DNA of 64,000 bases from NCBI GenBank assembly GCA_048270185.1, contig JBLWTJ010000004.1, forward strand, positions 32,001-96,000, written 5' to 3'. The DNA comes from Bacteriovoracaceae bacterium. GTDB taxonomy: Bacteria; Bdellovibrionota; Bacteriovoracia; Bacteriovoracales; Bacteriovoracaceae. Positions 9,881 to 18,905 of this stretch are shown here, piece after piece (position 1 is the first letter of the stretch; every line of letters begins with the position of its first letter). The translations under genes and the position numbers were made by a program. The notes under the pieces were generated by a model that was not told the DNA's origin, searched no databases, and saw only the letters and a program-made list of their open reading frames with translations.

Positions 9881-9911
9881 TACCCGTCTGCAAAGGCGGG
9901 TATTTTATTTT
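9881..9911 (+). terminator. Intrinsic-terminator-like hairpin in the fliD upstream region
   Basis: TACCCGTCT-GCAA-AGGCGGGTA followed by TTTTATTTT. Confidence 0.6.
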
Positions 9912-10036
9912 CAGGGATTTACCTATTATAGCCTTTCTAATCTCATATGACGAAGACACTCCTAGTAGAAAAATCTTCCTCTGATGATGCGACGGAAAAA
10001 AAACCTCAAGTATGATAAAATCAGAGATGGAGACGA

Positions 10037-10074
10037 ATGTGAAGAGGAATTTCACATGAAGAATCAGGAGGATT
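10037..10074 (+). promoter_or_regulatory. Two GGA-loop hairpins (putative CsrA sites), the second over the fliD SD
   Basis: ATGTGAA-GAGGAAT-TTCACAT (10037-10057) and AATC-AGGAG-GATT (10062-10074). Confidence 0.55.
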
Positions 10075-10075
10075 A

Positions 10076-11443
10076 TTGTCTATTTCGATGGGCTCCATTA
10101 ATACAGGACTTCCAAAGGATATTGTTCAGCAAATCATGAAAGCAGAACGTATTCCTATCCAGAATATGGAAACTCGTAAGGGTAAGATTCAGGATAAGAA
10201 GAGCCTCGTCCAAGAGCTAACATCCCTAGTAGAAGGGATGCGAGGGACATTGCTACAAAATGGTAGTGCAAGGTCTCTACGTGAGCTCAGCGTCGTTGGA
10301 AACGATGATATCGTCGAAATTAGTGCCGATAAGAACGTCGCAGAACCAGCAACATATCAATTCGAAGTGAAGCAGTTGGCACAGAAATCATCTGCCATGA
10401 CTTCAGGGTTTGAAGATCCTGAAGAAAGTTATATTGGTGTTGGCTTTATTCAGTACTCGCTTCCTGATGGAGAGAAGAAAGAAATCTACGTTGATAGTGA
10501 TAATGCATCACTTAAGTCAGTAGCGAAGCTAATTAATAAGAATGAAGATTCAGGTCTTAGAGCTAGTGTAATTAATGATGGCTCTGGATCAGAAACTCCT
10601 TGGAGACTAATTCTCTCACTTAAAGAGACTGGTGATATTAATAGGGCCGAGTTCCCGCACTTCTACTTTGTGGATGGAGAACAAGATCTCTTTGTTGAAT
10701 TTGAAAGAGAAGCACAAGATGCAGTTGTAGCTCTTGATGGATTTGAAATTGAACTTCCAGAAAACAAAGCGGCAGAACTTATACCAGGAGTTACAATAAA
10801 CCTTAAGAAGGCTAAACCTGGAGAAGAGTTTACAATCAAAATAGGTGAAGATGCTGGTAAAGTTGGTGAAAAGATCAATACTCTTGTAGATCAAATAAAT
10901 GGTGTTCTTACATTTATTAAACAACAAAATACATTAGATGAAAGTTCTGACACTTCTAGAACACTTGGTGGAGATATTCTGCTTCAATCAATTGAGTCTC
11001 GTGTAAGAAATGCCATCTTTAAAGATATTCCATTAGAAGATGGTGTTGCAAGAATTGGAGACCTCGGGATTCAGTTTACGCGTGAAGGTCTACTTGAATT
11101 TGATCAAAAGAAATTTAAGTCCGAGCTTGAAAAAGATTACGATAAGGTTTCAGAAATACTAACTGGGCGCTATCTAGAAGGAACGAAAACAAACGGTTTC
11201 ATCGATAACCTGAAAGATACCGTCGCACAACTACTACAGTTTCCAAATGGACTACTCTCTTCAAGAAAGCGTTCATTAGAAAATAATATCGACACAATTG
11301 ATCGTCGAATTGCTCAACGAGAAAACATGTTGCAGCAAAAAGAAAAGAATTTGAAAGATAAATTTGCAAGATTAGAAGGAACAATGTCGAGGATACGCTC
11401 GCAAGGTGCAGGAATTTCTGGCCTTGGAGCACCTGGGGCTTAA
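10076..11443 (+). CDS. fliD: Flagellar filament capping protein FliD
   Basis: 'SINTGLPKDIVQQIMKAERIP', 'FEVKQLAQ', 'LIPGVTINL', C-terminal coiled coil; TTG start with AGGAGG SD. Confidence 0.93.
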   Translation: MSISMGSINTGLPKDIVQQIMKAERIPIQNMETRKGKIQDKKSLVQELTSLVEGMRGTLLQNGSARSLRELSVVGNDDIVEISADKNVAEPATYQFEVKQLAQKSSAMTSGFEDPEESYIGVGFIQYSLPDGEKKEIYVDSDNASLKSVAKLINKNEDSGLRASVINDGSGSETPWRLILSLKETGDINRAEFPHFYFVDGEQDLFVEFEREAQDAVVALDGFEIELPENKAAELIPGVTINLKKAKPGEEFTIKIGEDAGKVGEKINTLVDQINGVLTFIKQQNTLDESSDTSRTLGGDILLQSIESRVRNAIFKDIPLEDGVARIGDLGIQFTREGLLEFDQKKFKSELEKDYDKVSEILTGRYLEGTKTNGFIDNLKDTVAQLLQFPNGLLSSRKRSLENNIDTIDRRIAQRENMLQQKEKNLKDKFARLEGTMSRIRSQGAGISGLGAPGA

Positions 11444-11462
11444 GGATAGTAAGGAGTAATAA

Positions 11463-11852
11463 ATGAGTTATGGTTTAGGTGCTTATAAGCAAACATCTGT
11501 GAAAACGGCCAGTAAAGAGCAAATTCTTTTGATGCTCTATCAAGCGGCAATTAAAAACTGTAAAAAGGCTATTGAAGCAATCGAAAGAAAAGATCTGGCA
11601 GAGAAAGGTCAGTTCATTGGTAAGCTACAAGATATTGTTATCGAACTAAATAGTAGTCTCGATTTTGAAGTCGGTGGTGACGTTGCAAAAGAGTTATCAT
11701 CTCTATACGATTTCATGCTTCATTCAAGTACACAGGCAAATATTAAGATCGATAAAGAACCACTTGTTGGTGTTCTTGATGTTTTAACGACTCTATATGA
11801 AGGTTGGCAACAAGCAGTTAAGCAATTAAGACAAGAAGCTAAGGCTAAGTAA
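11463..11852 (+). CDS. fliS: Flagellin export chaperone FliS
   Basis: 'AYKQTSVKTASKEQILLMLYQAAI', 'ELNSSLDFEVGGDVAKELSSLYDFM'. Confidence 0.95.
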   Translation: MSYGLGAYKQTSVKTASKEQILLMLYQAAIKNCKKAIEAIERKDLAEKGQFIGKLQDIVIELNSSLDFEVGGDVAKELSSLYDFMLHSSTQANIKIDKEPLVGVLDVLTTLYEGWQQAVKQLRQEAKAK

Positions 11853-12250
11853 TGATTATTGAAAAAATAATGAGACACCTTGATCTGTTGGGTTTATTAA
11901 TAAATTCAACACAGGCCATGATTTCTTCATGTGAAAATGGGAAATTTGATATTGTTGATAATATCGCAGACAATCGTGAACGCCTGATCAATATAATCAA
12001 GCTTCTTCAGGATGATATTGAAAGTCAGCTGCAAAGTACAAAACAACACTTTAATAGTGATGAGATGGATATTTTCAAAGCGTGGATAGAGGATGTTACT
12101 AACCTAGTTGCTGAAAACCAAAAACTTGACGATGAGTGTCTTGAGTTACTGGACAGAGCAAAGAACTCAACTACTGAAGAAATTGCTACAGTGTTCAAGA
12201 AGAAGAAACAATTTCAAGGCTACAACCTTAACAATGTAAAGACTAGGTAA
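11852..12250 (+). CDS. FliT-like helical chaperone (putative)
   Basis: 132-aa helical protein translationally coupled to fliS, in the usual fliT position. Confidence 0.55.
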   Translation: MIIEKIMRHLDLLGLLINSTQAMISSCENGKFDIVDNIADNRERLINIIKLLQDDIESQLQSTKQHFNSDEMDIFKAWIEDVTNLVAENQKLDDECLELLDRAKNSTTEEIATVFKKKKQFQGYNLNNVKTR

Positions 12251-12262
12251 TAGTCGACCTGT

Positions 12263-12319
12263 TTGCCCCCTTAATCAAAAATATAGTATAATGTGGAGGA
12301 GTTCTAGGAAAGAACTCCT
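12263..12319 (+). promoter_or_regulatory. Sigma70-like promoter followed by a GGA-loop hairpin
   Basis: TTGCCC(12263)-N18-TATAAT(12287); then AGGAGTTCT-AGGAA-AGAACTCCT (12297-12319). Confidence 0.55.
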
Positions 12320-12356
12320 TTATCATTAAAGACCATAGCCTTAGGAAGAGGAAAGC

Positions 12357-13055
12357 ATGGAATTATCAAAAGAATTTACACAATCACTTGCGCCTAAATC
12401 TCTATCATTTTTAGAGATTCACTCATACGAAATAAAGCAATCGAGAAGTAATCTAAAAGTACCTGTTGTAAATGGAGTACACCTACACTCGAATTACCAT
12501 CCAGTAAAAGAAGCGAAAAAGATTGTTGCTAATATCGAGCATGACTTAAAAGAGAATAAAAATCTTTTAATCCTTGGACTAGGCTTTGCATACCACGTTT
12601 ACGAAGCTTGCAAAATTTTAGAAAGACATCATGGTCAAGACTATAAAGTCATCGTCATTGAACCAAATGAACAAACATATACAGAATGTATTAAAAATAA
12701 TTTATTTCCAAACAAGAATATTGAAGTATATGCCACAGATAATGTAGCTGATATTTACTGCGAAAAGAATGTTGTAAAATTTTTAACGGCAAAACCAACG
12801 ATACTTACTCACGCCCCTTCATTCTCATTATACAACGATTACTATAAAGCATTCCTGGACTACGAAGCGTGTGACCAAATCGATGATTATATTCAATTAA
12901 TCAAGTCATCAGAACTTAAGTCTATTCTTTATAGTGCAGATACAAAAATGAATATTGACTCATATATCGAAAAGAATATTTATCAAGTACCACAACTTAA
13001 AAATAGAAATGACTTCTTACTACTCGCTTATGAAGCAATCATTAAGCAAGGCTAG
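12357..13055 (+). CDS. Maf (motility-associated factor)-like N-terminal domain protein, lacking the C-terminal transferase domain
   Basis: 'NGVHLHSNYHPVKEAKK', 'LILGLGFAYHV', 'VIVIEPN' resemble the N-terminal module of Maf flagellin glycosyltransferases; only 232 aa. Confidence 0.65.
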   Translation: MELSKEFTQSLAPKSLSFLEIHSYEIKQSRSNLKVPVVNGVHLHSNYHPVKEAKKIVANIEHDLKENKNLLILGLGFAYHVYEACKILERHHGQDYKVIVIEPNEQTYTECIKNNLFPNKNIEVYATDNVADIYCEKNVVKFLTAKPTILTHAPSFSLYNDYYKAFLDYEACDQIDDYIQLIKSSELKSILYSADTKMNIDSYIEKNIYQVPQLKNRNDFLLLAYEAIIKQG

Positions 13056-13069
13056 AATCAGAGGATAAA

Positions 13070-14716
13070 ATGAAAGACATACTGATTATAAATTTCAAGA
13101 GACACGGTGATATTTTTCAAATGGGAAGACTTATTTCTTCTCTAAAAAATAAACATCCAGATTCAAATATATGTATTCTAGTAAATAAAGAATTTGAATC
13201 ATCGGCTAAGACACTCGGTGGTGTTAAACATATTTATACTCTTGATAGAAAGAGAATTGTTAACTACAAAAAGAATAAAATATACTCAGATGGATTTTCG
13301 CTGGATCAATTCGGAAAAACGATTAAAGAAATTAACAAGAGCTGGAACTTAGTTATTAATTACTCGAATGATCGCATATCAACTAGCCTAGTATCATATC
13401 TAAACAAAGAATTTAAAGGCATCAGATTTGATACCTCTTGTAACATTCAATATTCAAACGAATGGGCCGTAGTTTTCAATGATATTTTAACTCATCAAAA
13501 ATACTCACCAATTAACTTTAATGACTGTTATCATAAGATGACAGCTACAGAAGAGAACAATTCGTTTAATTCACTAAATGTATCAAATGAATATAATAAA
13601 GTTTGCCATCAGAACTTTTTAAAACTTAGAAAGTCTGCCGATAAGAATGATCCTAAGCTTATCGCAATTCAACTTAGTGCCTCCAACATTAACAAAATGA
13701 TTGAGAGACAAGAATTAATTGAACTAATTGAAACACTAAATAATCGCATTGATATCGTTCCAATTCTTATTATTGCACCAACAACAGAAGAAAGAAGTTA
13801 TGCAAATAAGATCAACACACAATTATCTAAAAAGGCGGTAACAATTGAAGCACAATTTGGAGCACTACCATCAGTACTTATAAACTGTGATTTACTTATT
13901 ACTCCAGATACTGCGATTAAACATATGGCAGACATTCTAGATGTCCCAACTATCGAACTTTCAATGGGTCCTTCTCCATTTTTAAAGCAAGGTACAGTAA
14001 ACACTGAAAGTCTTATTATTACTCCAAACATTAAAGAACGAGATTTTAAATACGGGCCAGCAGCTTGTACTGAATCTCAAGTTAGAAATAATGAAATCAT
14101 TAAAGCGAATGACATTATCTTTGCATTAGAAAAGTATTATCTTAACAACACTGAAATCGAGCTTCAAAATAAAGAAATATCTCTCTATCAAGTCAAACAA
14201 GATTCATTAGGATGCTTCTATAAAAACATTGAAGGTCGAATTGATTATGAAATTGAGATAGAACGTTATCTTTCACGTGATTTCTTAAGTCGTAAAATTG
14301 AGAGAAAACCTATTTCTTCACATGGAATTATAGAGAGTGACTTGAATTTCTCATCTCGATGGTTAGACAAGGCCCAGAGTGAACTCATAAACTCGTCAAG
14401 GTATGTTCTAGCAGCGATTAAAGCAACACTAAGTAAGGACAGTGTCACACTAGATACAAAGCTAAAAGAGATTAATCAATATTTTAAAGGGACATCAGAT
14501 TACTGTATTCTGCCATTTCTATTCTACCGAGCAAAGATTAGTAATTTGAATACGAGTTCAATGCAAGAAATTGAAGCTATTCTAATGTCTTTAAAAAATG
14601 ACTTACAAATTCAATTTGAACAAATAAAAGAAGTTTCTTCTCTTATTCGAGAAAGTCGCAGCAGATTCCGTACTGAATCTGCAAAGGAATTAATCAATGA
14701 ATCAAGAACCGAATAA
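13070..14716 (+). CDS. Glycosyltransferase family 9 (heptosyltransferase-like) with C-terminal helical extension
   Basis: 'ILIINFKRHGDIFQ', 'IAIQLSAS', 'DLLITPDTAIKHMA'. Confidence 0.82.
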   Translation: MKDILIINFKRHGDIFQMGRLISSLKNKHPDSNICILVNKEFESSAKTLGGVKHIYTLDRKRIVNYKKNKIYSDGFSLDQFGKTIKEINKSWNLVINYSNDRISTSLVSYLNKEFKGIRFDTSCNIQYSNEWAVVFNDILTHQKYSPINFNDCYHKMTATEENNSFNSLNVSNEYNKVCHQNFLKLRKSADKNDPKLIAIQLSASNINKMIERQELIELIETLNNRIDIVPILIIAPTTEERSYANKINTQLSKKAVTIEAQFGALPSVLINCDLLITPDTAIKHMADILDVPTIELSMGPSPFLKQGTVNTESLIITPNIKERDFKYGPAACTESQVRNNEIIKANDIIFALEKYYLNNTEIELQNKEISLYQVKQDSLGCFYKNIEGRIDYEIEIERYLSRDFLSRKIERKPISSHGIIESDLNFSSRWLDKAQSELINSSRYVLAAIKATLSKDSVTLDTKLKEINQYFKGTSDYCILPFLFYRAKISNLNTSSMQEIEAILMSLKNDLQIQFEQIKEVSSLIRESRSRFRTESAKELINESRTE

Positions 14717-14837
14717 CTTTAAAGCAGATTTCTTTAAGGAACTAGAAAGAATTCAGCAGAAACAGGTAAAGCGTGAAACATTAAGCGATGAAGATATGTC
14801 ATTTCTCTATCTTTGTTCTGTCTTAGAAGAAGAATAA
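14697..14837 (+). CDS. 46-aa small protein not in the ORF track
   Basis: MNQEPNNFKADFFKELERIQQKQVKRETLSDEDMSFLYLCSVLEEE*; AAGGA upstream; overlaps the GT9 stop and ends at the next SD, filling the gap. Confidence 0.6.
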   Translation: MNQEPNNFKADFFKELERIQQKQVKRETLSDEDMSFLYLCSVLEEE

Positions 14838-14846
14838 GGAATCGAT

Positions 14847-16484
14847 ATGAATGCAGTAAGAAAAGAAGAAGCAAGACAGAAGACAATTGCGATTATCCAA
14901 ACGACTCGTATTGGTGATATTCTACAAACGACTCATGCAGTAAAACTTCTAAAAGTTAATCACCCAGAGTTTCGTGTTATTCTTATCGCTCGTAAGAAAT
15001 TCAGTGAACCAATCAAATTCCTACTAGAAACAACATTTGATAAGATTGTACAAATTGAACATAAGAGTGCATTTAATAGTGTTGAGACAACAAGAGATGT
15101 CGTAGCAAATCTAAATAAACAGATGAAAGAGATTAACGAAGAAGAAATTGATGTTTCAATTAACCTAGCTTTCTCAAAATCATCAACTTATCTACATTCG
15201 CTTATCCACTCATCAAATAAAGTTGGTCCATACTTCAATGATATGCACGAGAGAGTAATCGGCGACAAATGGTCACAATACCTTTATTCAACTGTAATGA
15301 GAGGAGATCTAAATCCTTACAACCTAGTTGATTTATTTAGTGCAATTATCGGTGTAAAAAAGAAGCTTACACACCTAAGCAATAAAGAGTTCTCTCACGA
15401 TGAGAAAACAAAGCTACTCATCCATCCTTTTGCATCAAAAGATAATAAGATGTGGAAGACAAATCGATGGCTTGAAGTAATTTATCAGACATTGAAAAAA
15501 TCACCAGATTTAAAATTATATATCTGTGGAACAAATACCGAGAAGGATAAGATTGATGAATTACTTAGTTCATCACTCCTAGCACCATATCAGTCACGAA
15601 TCGAAGCCTGGATCAATTTAGATCTAAAAGAATTGTATAATCGTGTAGATGAAAACTTCTTATTTGTCGGACATGATTCAATGGTCGGGAATCTGTTAAG
15701 TTTTAAGAACATAAAATCATTAACAATATCATTAGGACCAGTTAGACCACACGAAACAACTCCTTACGGACTTGATAAGTTTAACCTAGCACCAAGAAAC
15801 GCAAATGATCATAATGATGTTCCATACAATGTTGCACATCAATGTATCATTCAACTTCTCAAGAAGAATCAAATCAAAACTGAAGAACTACATAATGCAT
15901 GTTCATCTCTATCAATCAATCAAGTGAAATTATACCGTTCGGATATGCTTGATAATGGAGATGTAACAATAAAGGAAATCCTCCACAAGGAACAAGATGC
16001 AAAAGAAATTATGCGAAATTTCTATCACATTGCGTGGTCTAGTATTTTTAATGAAGTTAATCTTAGTATGGATATCCCTCATCTTAGTAGCGAAGCTAAG
16101 ACTCAATTAAAGTCACAGGCCAAAGGAATTGAAACACTTTATGAATTATCTGAGTTTGGAAAGAAATATAGTCGCTATATAATCGAAGAAGTTAGTAAGA
16201 ATACTCCAAGCTTAGAAGAAATTAAAAAATATTCGGCTAAATTAAATGAGATTGATAACTTAAGTGACTTCATTGTTACAACTTCGCCATTATTGGCCCC
16301 GGTTGTAGATTATGGGAAGGTTGCTAAAAATAACTTATCGGGAAAGAATATCGTAAAATTATCTGAATCAGCATTTTATACATATAATGAGGTCTCTCTT
16401 ATGTGTAGCGTGCTCTATGAATTCTTCGATAAATGCTCACTAATAACAAAAACTGAAACAGCAGCAGTAAGGGAAAATGTATGA
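14847..16484 (+). CDS. Glycosyltransferase family 9 with C-terminal helical extension
   Basis: 'IAIIQTTRIGDILQT', 'LIHPFASKDNKMW', 'FVGHDSMVGNL', 'LGPVRPHETTPYG'. Confidence 0.82.
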   Translation: MNAVRKEEARQKTIAIIQTTRIGDILQTTHAVKLLKVNHPEFRVILIARKKFSEPIKFLLETTFDKIVQIEHKSAFNSVETTRDVVANLNKQMKEINEEEIDVSINLAFSKSSTYLHSLIHSSNKVGPYFNDMHERVIGDKWSQYLYSTVMRGDLNPYNLVDLFSAIIGVKKKLTHLSNKEFSHDEKTKLLIHPFASKDNKMWKTNRWLEVIYQTLKKSPDLKLYICGTNTEKDKIDELLSSSLLAPYQSRIEAWINLDLKELYNRVDENFLFVGHDSMVGNLLSFKNIKSLTISLGPVRPHETTPYGLDKFNLAPRNANDHNDVPYNVAHQCIIQLLKKNQIKTEELHNACSSLSINQVKLYRSDMLDNGDVTIKEILHKEQDAKEIMRNFYHIAWSSIFNEVNLSMDIPHLSSEAKTQLKSQAKGIETLYELSEFGKKYSRYIIEEVSKNTPSLEEIKKYSAKLNEIDNLSDFIVTTSPLLAPVVDYGKVAKNNLSGKNIVKLSESAFYTYNEVSLMCSVLYEFFDKCSLITKTETAAVRENV

Positions 16485-17095
16485 TTAAGCTAGAACTAGG
16501 AAGTGAAAGTTTTTCAATTGACGGTGAGGCGATATCATTGCGCCAAGCAATTAATGTAATTGAAAATGATGGATTATCACAAAATGAATCAATTACAGGT
16601 GTCATTATCGACAATAAAAGTTTCTCTATTGAAGAAGCTCAAGAGCTACTGGACTACTCAATAGCAGAACTTGGCTACCCTACTTTACAAATTAAAAATT
16701 CATATGAATTAGCTTTTGATGCACTTAATGACTGTAATAGTTATATTGACCAACTTATAGATAAAGTACTTGTGACAACAAATGAGTTCAATACAGGTAA
16801 TATTGATGAGGCAAACCTATTATTTGCAGATCTTATCGAATTACTTGATCTCTATGTTCACCTCATCACAAGAATTCATGCCACAGCGAGAAAAGCAAAT
16901 AAAGATTTCTTTGCCAATAATGAGTTAATTAAAAACTTAGAAATCCATCTATTTTCAATTATTAAGGCATTTGTACCGGCCCGTGAAAACAACGATATCG
17001 TTATGCTTTCGGACTTGCTAGAGTATGAACTAATAGATAATCTTAAAGAGTGGAAAAACAAAGCAATACCACTCATTCAAGATTCTCGTATTTAG
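16481..17095 (+). CDS. Hypothetical helical protein with a 'DLLEYEL' C-terminal motif
   Basis: ATGA-type overlap with the GT9 gene; motif resembles the C-terminal bundle of Maf/flagellar-locus proteins (from recall). Confidence 0.65.
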   Translation: MIKLELGSESFSIDGEAISLRQAINVIENDGLSQNESITGVIIDNKSFSIEEAQELLDYSIAELGYPTLQIKNSYELAFDALNDCNSYIDQLIDKVLVTTNEFNTGNIDEANLLFADLIELLDLYVHLITRIHATARKANKDFFANNELIKNLEIHLFSIIKAFVPARENNDIVMLSDLLEYELIDNLKEWKNKAIPLIQDSRI

Positions 17096-18561
17096 ATAGT
17101 AAATTTCTAAACATCTATATTGATAAAGTCAGCGCTTCTGAATTAAAAGAGCGCTGTCTTTCTACAAATTCTCAAAAAAAAGACGCTCAGTTATCAATTC
17201 AATCTAAGGCCAAAGGCCTTGAGTTCAAAGTCAATAATATAAAATTATTAACTAATTCATTAGATGAATACCTTTTTGGAAAAATCGAAAATGTACACTC
17301 ATATGAAAATATAATTTCAAAAACATTTGAGTATAAGAAGAAAGATGACTTAAGAATCTACTTGAAGTCACTAACTCAAATAAGTGAGTTAATTGGCTTT
17401 AATTCGGCTCAAATTCTTGTCCATCAAAAAGGGACAACAGATATATACTCATTAACTTATCGTAATGACGATTACATTGAAACATTTGAGGATCCACTTT
17501 TCTTCAACAATCTATTTAGTAAAGTTAAAAAGAGTAAGAACAAGTCATTTGATCAAAAAGAGCTTCTTAATAAGAATATTAAACTTGATGGTCACTTTCT
17601 GGCCAAAGAGATTCAACTAAAAGAGTTCAATTTACTTGTTCTCTTATCAAGAGATGACTTATTTCCTATAGCATTACAAGAGCGTGAGAGCTTTAATTTA
17701 TTTATTGCAAAGAGTATCCCTCGAATTTCAAATATAATTGCTTTTGAAAATAATCGTAAGAACAATCGAGAGAGAGATAATATCTTAAACAATTTCCCAA
17801 TTAATTCATTTGAGTTAAGTGATGATAGTGTCAGTATAAAATCTGCTCAGGAAGAATCTCATAAGCATGATACCAGTTCACTTCACCATGAGAGAATTCT
17901 ACTCATGGGTGACCTTTTAAATACATTAAGGCACGAATTAAGTAACCCACTCTTTGGAATCGACCTCTCTCACAATCTATTAAAAGAGCAGACAAGTGAT
18001 TTTGATGTTAAAGATACACTCGAGCATATATCAAGTAGCGTAAAAAGATCACAGGCAATTATTCAGGAGTTTTCAAATCTATATCAAGAAGATGAATCCT
18101 TAAGCACGATCTCAATAAAGAATCTCATAAGTGAAACAATCATTTTAACCAAATCTGAATCGAGATCTCACCGAGTAATTTTTGAAATGAATGATGATAT
18201 TGAAATACTAAGTAATGGAACTTTACTAAGTCAGGTTATATTTAATCTACTTATTAACAGTTCGCAATCACTGAATAATTCTAATATAACAGATACAAGA
18301 ATCGTAGTTCAGGTCATCGACAAGCAAGATAGCATTAATATTGATATCATTGATAATGGTGGTGGAATTCCCGAACATTTGAAAGAGAGTATTTTTAATC
18401 CATTCTTTACAACTAAAGATACTGGTACTGGTCTTGGTTTGGCCATTTGTCGTAATCTTTTAAAGAAAATCAGTGGGGATATTACCCTAGTAGACTCAGA
18501 TTATGGTGCGCATTTTAGGATTACTTTGAATAAGGGAATACATGAAAGTATTAGTCATTGA
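17050..18561 (+). CDS. Cytoplasmic sensor histidine kinase
   Basis: H-box 'LRHELSNPL', N-box '[10 protein letters not shown]', 'DNGGGIP', '[13 protein letters not shown]'. Confidence 0.9.
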   Translation: MEKQSNTTHSRFSYLDSKFLNIYIDKVSASELKERCLSTNSQKKDAQLSIQSKAKGLEFKVNNIKLLTNSLDEYLFGKIENVHSYENIISKTFEYKKKDDLRIYLKSLTQISELIGFNSAQILVHQKGTTDIYSLTYRNDDYIETFEDPLFFNNLFSKVKKSKNKSFDQKELLNKNIKLDGHFLAKEIQLKEFNLLVLLSRDDLFPIALQERESFNLFIAKSIPRISNIIAFENNRKNNRERDNILNNFPINSFELSDDSVSIKSAQEESHKHDTSSLHHERILLMGDLLNTLRHELSNPLFGIDLSHNLLKEQTSDFDVKDTLEHISSSVKRSQAIIQEFSNLYQEDESLSTISIKNLISETIILTKSESRSHRVIFEMNDDIEILSNGTLLSQVIFNLLINSSQSLNNSNITDTRIVVQVIDKQDSINIDIIDNGGGIPEHLKESIFNPFFTTKDTGTGLGLAICRNLLKKISGDITLVDSDYGAHFRITLNKGIHESISH

Positions 18562-18898
18562 GGATGAGCTTTTAATCCAAAAAACATTAATATCCTTCTT
18601 AAAAAGAAAGGGTGCAGATGTCCAAGCAACGGCCAGTGGGAAAGAGGCCATAGAAATGATCAAAGAGAATAATTTCGATCGCATAATTTGTGATTTAATG
18701 CTTCAAGATATTACAGGTTTTGATATAATAGAAGAGTCTAAAACAAAGTATAATGAGACTGAAATTGCTCAATTATTCTATATCATCACAGCATATAGTT
18801 CTGAGCAAATTGTTTCGCGTGCCTCACAATATGGCTGCAAGGTATTTCAAAAACCTTTTAATGATATTATTGGCTTTATTAGTGAAGTATTAAATTGA
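18542..18898 (+). CDS. Single-domain response regulator
   Basis: 'VLVIEDE', 'IICDLML', 'ITAYS', 'FQKPF'. Confidence 0.9.
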   Translation: MKVLVIEDELLIQKTLISFLKRKGADVQATASGKEAIEMIKENNFDRIICDLMLQDITGFDIIEESKTKYNETEIAQLFYIITAYSSEQIVSRASQYGCKVFQKPFNDIIGFISEVLN

Positions 18899-18905
18899 GG
18901 TATAT

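Noticed and set aside
9860..9911. c-di-GMP-I riboswitch upstream of fliD (GAAA and GCAAAG words)
   Set aside because: Lacks the GGCAAA...GAAA...GACGCAAAG P1/P2 architecture; the hairpin fits a terminator better.
9864..10055. 63-aa minus-strand ORF
   Set aside because: Overlaps the fliD regulatory leader on the opposite strand; no family features.
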